From positions 48,298,001-48,362,000 of the forward strand of contig CM068742.1 in the NCBI GenBank assembly GCA_035084275.1: a stretch of DNA of 64,000 nucleotides. Reading direction: 5' to 3'. Under the pieces are notes generated by a model. It was not told the DNA's origin, ran no database searches, and saw nothing but the letters and a program-made list of their open reading frames with translations. Source of the DNA: Hydrolagus colliei. Its lineage: Eukaryota. Of the stretch, positions 37,306 through 50,682 are shown piece by piece. The position numbers were made by a program, and so were the translations under genes. How positions within the stretch are numbered: position 1 is the stretch's first letter; each line of letters starts with the position of its first letter.

Positions 37306-38429
37306 GCGTCCCACAGACCTTTTTCAAATAGAGAATGTGGCCCACAGCATCCAAAAGGATAGACCACCCTGACCATGAGCTGAAAGTCCCAATGTGGGGC
37401 TTAAACCAATAAGCTTCTGAGGCTGAGAGTATTGCTATTTTAGTTAAGCTGACAACTACAGTAGGTCTTAAAAAGACCTGCTTCCAAATGTAAGAATTTT
37501 TCCACATTCTGCACTGCCTTAAAGTTGAAGATAAAATGGTCTTTCAGACGAGCTCAGGTGGATTTTCAGGCTTCAAGTTTGACATTGCCATGTTTGCAAC
37601 CACCAAGTTTCATATTACACACCCGTTTAACTCAAAGCAATGACTCCATTGGGCATAATGAATAGAACAAAAATAATCTCACTTATCTACATACAAAAAG
37701 GAGATAGGGAAGAAATTAGTTGCAGTTTGAATGTGGGAACAAACAACTGAAAAGCTATGATTCACAAAGGACTCTTTCCTACGTCAAGCGTTCCTAAGCC
37801 AAATGCAGATAAATAGAGCTCATTGGATGAATTCAGATCCAACTTTAAATGATGGATCTTCAAACAATTTTCCAAAGTGGATTTGAGTTTCCCCATGTTG
37901 CACTGATCATTGCCAGATAAATGAGCTGTATTCCAAAATCTGGTACTCAAGAGACCAGTTATATTGAAATCTTATGACGGAAAACTTGTTCACAAATATT
38001 TTGTTCATCAGACTACTCCTTTTATGATCTTATCAAAAATGTTTAAACTTTTGAAATACTCAACTGGTGGCAGTTGTCAACTAAATATTGATGCAATAGT
38101 TTTGACTATGGTACTTTTTCCCCTTCTAAAGTAACAACAGCTGCTGCCATCCATTTGTTCTCTATGGCATTTTATGGTGTACATAGATTGTAATTCATAT
38201 TACCCATATTTAATGTATCCCAGTGAACCTAGAATAACACTTTGAGATACATTGTACTGAGGTAGCAGGAGAAGAGGTTGAGGCTATGATACGTAAGTTT
38301 AGAACAGATACAGTGACTTTTTTTTACAGAACAACTATGGAACCAAAGAAATGTACGGCACAGTAAAAAGTTGTTCGGCTCATTATTTTGTATCAGTGTT
38401 TTTTCCTTCAAGAAGACAACCATCCAAAT

Positions 38430-38790
38430 GCACTGCTCATTCTCCTATCCTCTGGTATCCTTCCTCCACATTGCTTGTTCAATTCTTTTTTAAATGTCCT
38501 CATCAACTTTGCTCTAATGCTGGTAATTCATTCAATGCTTTGATAATCCTTTGAGGGAAAGAAGCTCTTCCATCATCTCCTTTTTCTTTTTGAGATACAA
38601 TCTTGAATTCATCCTCTCAAACGCTTCCATCATCTTAAATACCTCTATCATACCATGCATCAACATTCTCTGTTCCAACAGAAAGAGTCCTAACCTCTCT
38701 CTCCATAGTACTAATACCCTTTCTTCCATGTGGCACCCATAACTGAACACAATATTCCAGCTGCAGTCAAGTCAACATCTTATAGAGATT
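38430..38790 (-). mobile_element. Degraded CR1 3' portion
   Basis: ERLGLFLLEQRML..MIEVFKMM in ORF 38532-38750. Confidence 0.85.
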
Positions 38791-41700
38791 CATCTAAAAC
38801 AGGTTGCCCATCGTTACTATTCTTTTCCCCTTTGCAACAGATTGCATCTTGTTGGATATTTCTTGCCTAAAAATGTTTTTAAATGTACTGGCAATCGCAC
38901 CCTTTCCAATACAAAGCACTGCAAATACTTATCCAGCTAAAAATCTCCATTAAGGCATTGGCATGAGGACACATCTTCGTGTTCACATCCATTAACAAAG
39001 GCTTACGTTACTCCAGATTTTCTCTTTGGAGCCAGTTGATCCCCAGCAAGATTCCATTTAGTCCTACAGAAAATATTATGAGGCATCATCCTCATTTTGT
39101 TGACGTGAAAAGGATAAAAGGCTAAGTGAAACCGAAAACCTTCAGGCCCCTAATCCAGCACTCAACTGGCTAAGCTAACCAGAATGATAACATTTCATTA
39201 AAAGTATCAAGTGCCATCTCAGTAACGGATTACTCAACCCATGCATACAAAAATACTGAAGCAATATAAAGATGATGAGTGCAAAGCCACTAATTTAGAA
39301 CCTTAAGTTTTTCTTTTTTTTCCCCCTATATCTTTTCATTCTGCTCTAGTTCTCCTTAAAGTGCTGAATGATTCTAGGAAAAGTTTCTACAGAACCTTCC
39401 ACTTTACGCAAGCAGTATGCCATCATGTGTTTGACTAGTCAGTAGCAAAGGGTAATTGGCAGAACCAAAGGAGCAATTAGCAGCCGGTAGATCAATGCTT
39501 TCAATTCCCTCTTCTCTATCTTTAGTTCTCACAGGTTTATAAATACCATACCTAGTTTCATAGAAAGCAATGCCGAGTCAATATAGATCAGCCAGTACTG
39601 TTCCTGATTTTGGCATAGATACATTAAATCAGAATTTTGTCCAATTTGAAGCCAGCAATGTAACCATCTTTGTAGCAGGAAGACTGTAAACGAGTTTCAT
39701 ATATAGAGTCCATAGAAGGGCTGGACTGAACAGATCCAAATGGGTTTTAACATCACAACAGTGACAATAATAATAATAATAATAATTCCTGCATTTGCCT
39801 CAATACCTTCCACTTCAGGAGGGTTTGTGACAAAGTGCTTTGCTAGATTTTCTGCAGGGTAGGTAATACATTAGAGGTAGGATATTCAGCGTCCTCTCTA
39901 GCCTTATGTGACTCAAACTCAGAAGAGGGAATGGAAGGTTCAGATTTGATTCCTTTATAACAATAACTTGTATTTGTAGCAGCCTATATGTGGGGTAGCA
40001 TCTCAGAGCATGATAAGGAGAATGGGAACATATGACCCAATTATCCGGGAGAACGACAAAACCTTTCCGTCAGCAGATTCAGGAGGAAATTCCACAGATA
40101 TTTGGGCAAACTGAGTGGCATGAGTTTTGTAGGATAATTTATTATTTAGTATTTTACAAAACTGTGATCGACTAGAATGTTGCCATCTAAATGTTCTTAC
40201 ATTTTGATGAGTCTACAGAAAGCTTTATGAGTCGTCCTGGCTATTGCACAACCATTTTCATGTTGCAAATCTCCCAGCACATTTACCCCTTCAGGGAACA
40301 AATTTGAAACTTTCAAAATTTATATCATTACTCCTGCCTGTCCAAATCGGTCGATTGTTTTAAAACCTTTAGAAGCTTGGGTCACATGAATCACAGCAGT
40401 TTTGCATATCCCCAGTATAAGGTTTAAACTCATATTTGAATAATGTTAAGAAACATTAACTATTCCCAGATCTTTGTCAGATGTTTCCTGTATTTTGCAC
40501 ATGCAGTATTAGTTTCTGTCTATCCCCTAAATACTCCACTGATAGTTTTCCTGCACATGCATGCAAATAAAAATTTCCATTTTCCAATATCAGTCAGAGT
40601 AAGGCAACATGGCTTATTTGCATGTGTTTGATTTTGAAAATCAATTTCTATTCCATTTAAAATTATGACTAAGATTATGAAGTATTTCAGATTGGGTTTC
40701 CTTTCCTATTTCCCTTTCTATTTTTTGTTCTTTCCATTTCCCATTCCTACTATTTCAAACTCAAACCAGGCACATCTGGTCACTCGCTTCCATTTGCTGT
40801 TACACACGCAATTTGTGTACAGGGAATAAACATTTGCCCTATGTAATGACCTGGATAATTTAGAAAAAATAAGAATTTGTGTGAGATTGCACAGTCCTAC
40901 ATAGTAAGTGCTAAGTTTCCAACAAAGAAAGATTTTCAAAATTACCATTATGATTCAAACTTGGCTATTGAAAATAGATAAAGCACTACCCTCACTATTC
41001 TCTGGAAATGGATTTATTTTCCCCTAATCACCTATGTAACAATATCAGAGAATTGAGTGTTGACAAGGTTGTTAAGCGGAAAAGCCCAAATTGTGCTGTT
41101 CACAATGAACCAATTACAAAGCCATTACTCGCTATAATCCAAGAGCCCGGAAGTCAAATGCACAACCCAATTTCACACTGTGTCGACGCTATGAATAGTA
41201 ATGGTGGCAGGGGGCGTGGGGGCTGCATCTGGCACATAAGGAAACAATGGTAATCTATACGTTACACACTTCCAAATATAAACCACATGTTGGACCTCAT
41301 TGTCTTAGAATATAAAATTTCACCCACAAAACATATATTCACTTTGCAGTATATTCTGTAAAGTGCTTTGAGATGTCTAGAAGACGTGATAAGGCGCTAT
41401 AACAAATGCAAAAATTATTATTAAAATAAAACTGTTTTCTTGATGTGAAAATATGTTTTTCTTTGATAAATTGACATCATGAAATTTCTCTGAAGGATGT
41501 TTTCTTTCCCAATAACTTACACAGCACAAACTTTTACAGCACCTTCAAAAATCACAGCATCGTGCATGATGTGTTTTATCAGCAAGCTTATACATATTCA
41601 TTCATCTGTTAAGAACACAATGAACAACAATAAAAGTTTGTATTTATATAACATCTTTTATGTCAGGAGGACATCCCATAATGCTTAACAGTATTTGCTG

Positions 41701-43205
41701 AGCTGGAGTTGGGAACTGAGTGGGAGTGGGGTATGATGGGGGGAAAGGGTTGAGAGGGACGAGAGGGGGAGGGAAAAGATGATTGACCTGAAAGGTGATT
41801 GAGGTAGATCTTGAGATGCATCTCAATGAGGTGATGGAAGGGACTGTGGGATGGAGTTTGAGGAAATGGGGAAAGCCAGTTATGCATAGTAACGTAATTT
41901 TTATTTGTCGGCTTCATGAAAATTATTTATCAATAATATTCACAGCACACACTTTATTATCCACGGCCCTAGTGCTATTCTCCCATCCTGGCACCGCTAG
42001 ATGGTTACATTACAGCACAAGTATTGATGCCAGTCAATGAGGTATGTTTAACTCTTAGTTATACAATTATACAATTAGTCACACTGGAGCTTGAAGAAAA
42101 ATAGACACCACTACAGTTCCTTTATTTTGCCAAGTTCCTTGTGTCATTTTTCATTTAGTGTTCTTCACAGTGAGGTTTGACAGGACAATAAAGCAGACCA
42201 CTTCTCTGCCTTTCATCTGACAACTGTGCCCATCAGATACGTATGACAAAACTGTTGTATGGTTAAGCTCACCGGAGAGCAGTAACTTCAAAAGAGCTTT
42301 TCACACTTGCAGGAATGATACAATAATTCACATTCCACACATTCATTTCCAAATTATTTTGAGCTCAAAGTAGTAACTTCAGCACATGAACACTTTTCAC
42401 ACAATTGATCTTTTGAACTCATCTTTGGGAGACCTTTTATTGGACTATCTCAAACAGATATTGGATCATTAAGGGAAACTGAGAAACCTATAAAGCACCT
42501 GAAATTGCGTCAATGCTTGTACTTGTTTCGGATGTGATTGAAGAACACACAAAGAAAGTACATCAAGTTACAATTATTTTGTTGTTATATAAAAGCACTT
42601 TCCTAAATTAATAAACCCTTGCAAACCTTTGACTGTCCAGTGCCTTGGGATGCCTTAGGGCAATGAATTCTATTCACCCTGCTTTTGTGAAGTCATGCTT
42701 TTTTCAAATCAATATTCAGCACTTGCATTGCAACATTTTGTTGCTGAGTAAGGCAGAAATTTTGGACGTTCAAAAAAGAAGGAACAGATGGTGCAACCAC
42801 TGAAGAAATCTGTACTCCAATTTGTAGATCAGCCAATTAGGAAAATCTTGATAGGTGTTTTATACAGAAATGGGTGTGATTCACAGCAAACTAAGAGAAG
42901 GTAATAATGATCAGTGCCCAGCAAATCGAAAAAAAAATTAGATTCAAATAAAATAAATTGCTGCTGCGTGTGATTGTAACTGGAAAATCAACAACAGATT
43001 TATTCCTCACTTGTTTTTCCCACTTTATTGGTGACATTTCTGACATTTTGCAGCAGATTTTATCATCCATTTTGAAATGTTATCATTTTTAAAATCTTAT
43101 TCTTCATCTCAAACTGAAGCAGCAAATGTATAATAGTAATTATAAAAACAAAACCAGATTAAATAAGGATCCTGCAGAGAATTCCTTCATTCCTTCAAGC
43201 ATTCA

Positions 43206-43650
43206 TGGAGTCTTGTAGCTGATTGGTTAGAGCACTCGTGTCACAAGCTGGAGACCCGGGTTCAATTCCTGGTCAGAACAAAATGTTAGACAAGTTTCCA
43301 CACTTCATATCCCTCTTTTCACCTGCTAGTAAGTGTGATCTTGATTGTTAATCAATTGGCAGATCGCTTTTCCGAGAATAATTCCTTTAAAAAAATTGGT
43401 CACTTCTATCCACGACTGTTTGTGGGACACTGCTTTGTCCAATTGGCTGATGCATTTTGCCCACAAAATATACGTCAATTCACTTTACAGTATATTCTGT
43501 GAACAGACGTGGATTGAAATGAACAATTTTTTTTTGAGGGCTTCTTATCAGGCGTTTGGAGTAAGGAAACTTGCCCACGGTTTTGTCCTGCCTGGAATTG
43601 AACCCAGGTCTCTCGTTTGCAAGGCGAGTGCTCTAACCGCTGAGCTACAC
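43206..43650. mobile_element. Two tRNA-SINEs in convergent orientation (long form +, 5' half -)
   Basis: TGGAGTCTTGTAGCTG head at 43206; reverse head ending CCGCTGAGCTACA at ~43649; junction at ~43503. Confidence 0.88.
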
Positions 43651-43669
43651 TATTCTATATTAAATGAAT

Positions 43670-43962
43670 ATTAAAGGAATTGAAGGAATAAAGGCCTTAA
43701 AAGTCACACGGTGATAGTCGTAAGACCATTTGCCTTAAGAATTTAGAGTAGTAATGGGCAATTTCAGGACACATACATATCTGGATAACTGGTTTTGTTA
43801 CTCAGAATAGATTGCTGGGAAGGGTGGTTGAGGTTAGGACACTGAACTCATTTAAAAAGCAGTTGATGCTGTCATGGAGGACAGTAGGATGGGTATTCTG
43901 GAGGAATGAGATCAGGTGGGCCAATGGGCTTTCTTCATCCAGACTAATTTTGTGATCTTGTA
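43670..43962 (+). mobile_element. Degraded CR1 3' end
   Basis: TTACTCAGAATAG..GGGTGGTTGAGG; GGTGGGCCAATGGGC hairpin; TTGTGATCTTGT tail. Confidence 0.75.
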
Positions 43963-45164
43963 AACTATGATCTTGAAAACTGGCTTTGAATTAAGACTGA
44001 AGTTAAGAATTTTCTAAAATCCTGCTAGAATTTGCATTAGAGCTCATTCAGTCCACAACTGTTTGTGGGACACTGTGGTGTGCAATTGGCTGCTGAGTTT
44101 CACCCATAAAATACAGTCAATTCATCTTGATGATATAATAAGGAGCTATAACAAATGCAAGGATTATTATTATTTAAATGGCACAAAAAGTATATTTACT
44201 CTGAAGCTGAACACCCAGCATGACTAATGGCAATATGATACCAATATCAGGAAAGTGGTCATGTCAGAAGAGATAAATCTCACAAAGAAACATATTAGAA
44301 GAAAAGTGGCCATTGTCTATAAAGCGTCTTAATAATAATTACTATTTGATATTATTTGATCGGATTATTACCCGCAAAAAGCAATCCGCCAATTAACTAA
44401 CAATTGGGTTCCCACTTACTGCTAGGTAAACAGAGGGGTATGGAATCAGGAAACTTGTCAGCGCTTTGGGACGTCCTCCCGACGTGAAAGGCGCTATATA
44501 AGTGCAATTTTTTTTGTTTGTTTGTCTAAGGTTTGCCCTACCTGCAAAAGAAACCCAAATCTTCATAAATGATAGACTGGATAGGGTTCTGCTTAGCAAT
44601 GAGAGCATGAAGATATGACAACGTTTGACATCAAGGATGAAAAGAAGACGGCATCAAAATGTTTGATGGTGGACGGCTTCAAAATAAACAGTAAAAGATA
44701 GTACACTGATTACAGTATGAGGAAAGCACTGTGTTAACAGTCTAAGAAACGGCTGGTCCATTTTCTCATCCAGAACCCTGAAGAATTTGTTTAATTCACA
44801 CATCTGCAGCACTGTGAACAAGGAGATAAATCTGGCTGTGTACCAGCTTATGTTGTGCCAAAACTAGCAGATGGTGAGATATAGCTGAAACATGCGCCTC
44901 TCAGACTGTAAAACTATTGAAGCCCCTCCTCCCCCAAACACACACACGGACACACAGACACACACTTCATCCTTAAATACACCTTAAATACAGAATTTTT
45001 TTTGAGAAACTATTTTGGCAAAATGTTACTGGAACCCATCATTTGGGGTCTGTCTAACTTGTCTGTCAGTATTCATTAGGATTAAGAGAAGAAAGTTTCT
45101 CTTTTGACCAGTGACACCCTGATCCAGAAAGAGGAAGGGGTCCCATTTGCGTGACGAATAAAAA

Positions 45165-45462
45165 TAATCACCCTTGTATTTGATACAGTGCCTGATCACG
45201 TCTTCTATACATTTCAAAGCACTTCACAGGATATACTTTAAAGCGAATTTACTGCATATTTGTGGGCAATACACTGCAGTCAATTGCGCACATCAGTGTA
45301 CCACAAACAATCGTAGGTGGAAATAACCAATTTTTTTTGTGAGGGATTATTATCAGGCATGTGGAGCAAAGAATCTTGCCCAAGGTTTCGCCCTCCCTGG
45401 AATTGAACCCAGGTCTCTAGCTTGCAAGGTGAGTGCTCTAACAGCTGAGCTACAGGACTGCA
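45165..45462 (-). mobile_element. Young tRNA-SINE, short form
   Basis: Matches 27292-27600. Confidence 0.9.
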
Positions 45463-46377
45463 CAAATTAGACCCTATTCACATTGGCATTCAAATCAAAA
45501 CCTTGCTCTGTATATAGAGAAAACACTGGAGTTCAGATGCGGGTGTGTGTATTCCCACCACCAATTAATATCCAAGTAACAGATATATTGGCTGCTTGCC
45601 TCCCACAAATAAACCCCATCTGATCCAGGTGGTTCAGTTTAGTTATCAAATAAATAAGAAACATTGCCAACGTTATGCTAACAATTTGAGTCACAATTCC
45701 CAGGCAGACTAGTATAATGAGAGGCGTTCTGGCACAAAATGGGGGTCATATTATCACAATAATATGCAACATTCAGTAAAACAGAGGCCTATTCTGAGAC
45801 AAATGCCATGCGGAATTCTCACAGGAAGCCTTGCCACCCGGGATGTTATCTGTTGAACTGAAGGATAGCCTGAAGGATCTCCTGCAACTGGATGGGGAAA
45901 TCCAAGCTGTTCTCATCCATGTCATCTAATGTAAGAAGGGGCAGCTGCTCTGCATAACTGTGAATTCATTCTGAAGACACATACACTAAACGTTGACGTT
46001 GCTCGCAATTTAACCAGGCTGAAACTTGGCTAATTTTACAACATGAAAGCTGACCAGAGCTGACCGTAAAAGCACATTGGTCCACAGGGCAACCATCCTC
46101 ACAAATAAACCCACTGCATCAAGGGACACCTTAAAATATAAATACTGTATGGTCCACTTATGGCTTTTTGTAGGTATCTGCATCCTTTGCTATCTCTCAA
46201 GAATATCATGTCCTAAATGAATCTTTTGGTGTTTTAATATAATACAATTTACATTTATATAGTGCAGTGTAATATTTGTCTATCTCAAACCTCTTGACAA
46301 TACAAGAACCTTTCTCCATACAATGAATAGACACTATGTGCATAGAATCATTTCTCCCAGTTAGATTTGTTCCCCCC

Positions 46378-46735
46378 ACAACAACAACAAAAACTTGCAT
46401 TTATATAGCATCCTTTTCATGGGGTAGCATCTCAGAGCACTTAACAGTGGCAGGGCCAAACCGGGGAGATGGATCGAAAGGATGAGTGAAGAGGAAGGTC
46501 TTCGGTCATGATCTAAAAGAGGGAAAGGGGATGGTAAAGTGGAGGGATCGAGAAAGAGAGTTCCAAATCTTTGGGACGTAGTGGCTGAAAGAGACGCCAT
46601 CGATGGTGAAGCAGAGTAGATGAGAGAGAAACAGGAGGCCAGAGTTAGCTGAAGTGAGGCAGTGGGTTGTGAAGTGGGGAGAAAGGAGGTCAGAAAGGTA
46701 GGGAGGTGCCAGAGCGTGAAGGGATTTGTAGACAA
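46378..46735 (-). mobile_element. L2 LINE 3' end
   Basis: (AAC)n tail; CTTTCAGCCACTACGTCCCAAAGATTTGGAAC on the - strand. Confidence 0.85.
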
Positions 46736-47102
46736 AACAAAAACAGTTGCTAAATGTGCCATTTCACCCATGACCTATCATTTACAATGCCTTACAGCTG
46801 ACAAAAGATGGCAATGAATCAAAACTTTTGTAAACTATTTAATTTGAACACTATTGAGAATGCATACACTCACTTGTTGCTAATCTGCAAATTTTCAGTT
46901 TACTGAGAACCAAATTAGAGGAGCTTTTCAGGTGCTACATTCTTCAACATCTGCTATAAATATCACATGGTTTCCAAAGGCTGCATAGCAGTAACATTAT
47001 TTCAAGCATGAATCTGGTCAAATAATAGGTTTTTCAAATATCCTGAGAGAAAACAATTGGACACATGTGGGTTCAGGACCACCTGCACACAATGCAGCCT
47101 TG

Positions 47103-47405
47103 AAACATAAGGAACATTTCCACTCCACGATCATGCACGTGGCCTGCATGCAAGTAACCAATTAATATTTTTTGTTTGCTAACTTCCCAAATCTTCTCAT
47201 GACTCATATATTCCAGGCAGCTTTGCATTGGTCATGAATATGTACTATGTGCAGTCAAAGAGAGAGTGTGAGTGTAGAGTAAGTTTCACCCTAGGTAATT
47301 TTTTTTATGTGGTACAATTGGGTATAACAAATTTTTACTACATAATTTAGTTACTTGCATGCAGGCCACCTGCATGATCGTGGAGTGGAAATGTTCCTTA
47401 TGTTT
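47103..47405. repeat. 56-bp near-perfect inverted repeat with ~190-bp spacer (fold-back/MITE-like)
   Basis: 47103-47158 AAACATAAGGAACATTTCCACTCCACGATCATGCACGTGGCCTGCATGCAAGTAAC matches the reverse complement of 47350-47405 with one mismatch. Confidence 0.92.
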
Positions 47406-47962
47406 ACTCAATTAAACTTGGACATACAATTTCCTTTTCATTCAAAGGAATATTGTACGTGCCTTCAAGACAACACTGAATCATCTTGTGTCAATCTCCC
47501 CCATTTCAGAAACATTCAATAACAACAACTTGAATTTAAATAGCATTGTTCATGCGGTTAAACATCTCAAAGCCCTTCTCACAGATGGTGATTGGAGATG
47601 GGAGAAGTGGGATGGTGTATGAGGGAGATGACTGCACGATCATAAAAGTAGAAGAAGAAGTTTGAAAGTGGAGAGGGAAATTTCAAGGTGGAGGAATTTA
47701 TGGAAATTCATTCCACTCACACAGTTCTGATGGTCGCACTATCTAGATCTGTATCAGTTCATGTAGGTGTGCCTATATCTCCTCTCCTTTCACATGCTAC
47801 CTTTGGATAATACTTCTCTAAGATGAGGTACACATGGATTATCAGTCATTACCTCAAGCAATCTCAAGTTCACAACTATTGTCTCTCCTCCGCCGAATAG
47901 ATGGCAGGCAGGATCTCTGTTATCTGCCTGTCTGCTGCGACAATCCATCACTGATATAGCAC

Positions 47963-48421
47963 TAGGGTCTGTCGATATGGAAATTTTCCGATATCGATAT
48001 ATCACTGGGTTTGTATCTTGTGCGCATGTGCAGAAATGGTGTTTAGTGGGAGGAGGGGGAATGACCGGTCTGCGCAGGTCTGATTGTGTTTGGTGGTGGG
48101 GGGAAGGGAAGAAGGGGGATTCAGATATGCGTGCTCTACGCCCAAGAGGTTTGCAATGCCGGCGACAAGGTCAATTAAATGCTATCTATCTATGGTTTTT
48201 TTTGTTAGTTTAAGGGAGCGTAATGGGCATTTGAACCTTTGGTTTTCTGTATGCTGTAACATGGCATTTGTTGACGATATACCGATATTTTGTGGATATA
48301 CCGATTTTTTTTTCATACCGAATTTTTCGCTATACCGATATATTCAAATTTCCAATATCGGTATATCGATATGAAAAATGATATCAATATAACCGATATA
48401 TCAATATATTGCCAGACAGTA
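47963..48421. mobile_element. Non-autonomous hAT element (TAGGG-type), copy 1
   Basis: Imperfect TIRs TAGGGTCTGTCGATAT / ATATTGCCAGACAGTA. Perfect 8-bp TSD TATAGCAC (47955-47962, 48422-48429). Many CGATAT subterminal repeats. Confidence 0.93.
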
Positions 48422-49557
48422 TATAGCACCTTCAAATCTGTTTATTATATGTGGCCAGTGAAGAATGAAAAGCATTATTTGCTTTTCAGTTATCATCTCC
48501 TCTATGCAAAACCCTGCAATAAATACTTCACTTAATTCGTTGTAGTTTGGTATCAGGAGTTTTTTTTCTTGATGTTAGTCTTACAAATGGGTGTAAAGCA
48601 ATAAATGCACCCTATCAAACTGTCAAAAATTATTTAGCATATTATCCCTCCTATGTTATGGACTCATACCACAATTGAGTCAATTACCCTCATCATCGAG
48701 AAAAGAAATATTGTACAACATTCAGAAAATATTTCCGGCACACAACAACAGCAAATAGGAGGCTGCACAGAGCCCAAACAATGTCAAACCAGGAGAAATC
48801 AAGCCACCCATGCAAAATGGTTTCCCACATGAATAGAAAAGAAAGAATTCAATAGTCATGGCCATTTACCAGTTCATAACAAGCACAATTTTCTGCTTTG
48901 AATAAAATTGCTAACCTCTTTTACTCCTGTTTTTCAAAGGTTTGCTGAACAGGTTGCTCCCATAATGAATTTGTTTCAGAAAACAATCTGTTCTGTGGTT
49001 CGCGACCACTTCACTCAGCTGTAATAATTTGCTTACAATAGTCCCAATCCTGTTCCACAACAGCATCTCAACATTAGCAGACTTCAAATAACATTACATT
49101 CCCTAATAATGACAGAATAAGGGGACATGGTCGGGTTTGGGGCTGGAGAAGAAGGAATTGTTGTGATTATAAAGGCCAGGCTATGGTTACAGAATCAGCC
49201 AATTTTAAGAAAATGAATCCACCTTTCTTTCTCTCTCCACCCCCATCACCCCCTGTATGTTGAAACATAATGACACTAAGAAAAACTTTCTGCCAACAAA
49301 GTAATTGATCTCTGGTAGGGAAATAAGACGTCCAATCAGATGGAAGGCACAATTAGCCATTGTTAACAACCGTGACAAGCAGGAAATGACCCATTCAACC
49401 CCTATAAAGAAACATTCAGAGGTTTTGCTAGAAAATTGGGATAGAAAACTTTGTGCAAAATAGATAGGTCTGGGTGAAATCCAAGTACGTAAAAAGAGAG
49501 TTAGAACATTTAACTCCAAGGGTTGTGGTTAGAAAAAACTTTCATATCGTGAACATA

Positions 49558-49870
49558 ATAATAATAAATAATCCTTGCATTTGATATAGCACTTTTCACG
49601 TCTTCTAGGCATCTCAGCACTTCACAGAATATACTGTAAAGTAAATTGACTGTATATTTGTGGGTGAAACACAGCAGCCATTTTGTGCACAGCAGTGTCC
49701 CACAAACAGTCGTGATTTGTGTAACCAAATTATTTTAGTTTTTTTTGGAGGGATTATTATCAGGCGTGTGGAGGAAGGAAACTTGCCCAAGGTTTCACTC
49801 TGCCAGGAATTGAATCCAGGTCTCTTGCTTGTAAGGCGAGTGCTCTAACCACTGAACTACAGGACTTCAC
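49558..49870 (-). mobile_element. Young tRNA-SINE, short form
   Basis: Matches 27292-27600. Confidence 0.93.
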
Positions 49871-50310
49871 AGCATTTCAAAGCATTTCACAAGATACATA
49901 ATAACAAATCCTTGAAATTGATATGATATGTTACAACAACAACAACAACAACAAAATTACATTTATAGAGAGCATTTCACATTGGGAGGACATCCCAAGG
50001 TACTGAATTTGGAAAATGTTATTAGATCATCGAGACATCTCGGAAAAAGAAAAAACTAAAAATGCAATAATGGTGAAACACAGATTTACCTAGACTCATG
50101 CAATTTTTATTGTGGGGGGCACTTCTCCATGGCCCCACAGGCCATGGGCTTCAGGTTGGCTACCACTGCTGTAAAGTGTAGTGACTGAATTGTGTATGCA
50201 AACAAAATATCAAAATGTTTGACCATATTACTTATTGGAAACTATTACTTTTGTGTGGATGAAGAGTGAAGGTAGAGAATTTTTTCTTTCATTGCTTTCT
50301 TCTCCAAATG

Positions 50311-50682
50311 TAATAATAATCCTTGCACTTTATAAAGCACCTTATCGTAACTTCGAGATGACTCAAAGCGCTTGACTGAATATACTATAAAGTGAATTGA
50401 CTGTATATTTTGTGGATGAAACACAGTAGCCAACTGTGTACAGCAGTGTCCACAAACTGTTGTGCATTGAATTGACCAATTTATTAGAATTATATTTTGA
50501 AGGAATTATTACCCCCAGAAAAGCAATCCGCCAATTGACTTACAACCGGGTTCCTACTTACTGCTAGGTAAACAAAGATATATGGAGTAAGGAAATTTAC
50601 CAATGTTTCACCTTGACAGGAATCAAACCCAGATCCTTAACTTCTGAGATGAGGTAACCACGGAGCTACAGGATTCCACACA
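50311..50682 (-). mobile_element. tRNA-SINE, long form with extra ~60-bp central block
   Basis: Contains TGTTTACCTAGCAGTAAGTAGGAACC..AATTGGCGGATTGCTTTT, also present at 44370-44458 and ~43310-43375. Confidence 0.9.

Noticed and set aside
47977-48535. Paired similar ORFs here and at 53331-53932
   Set aside because: Chance ORFs inside two copies of a non-coding hAT MITE.
50100-50176. Charlie-like right TIR (GTTGGCTACCACTG)
   Set aside because: No matching left end or TSD found.
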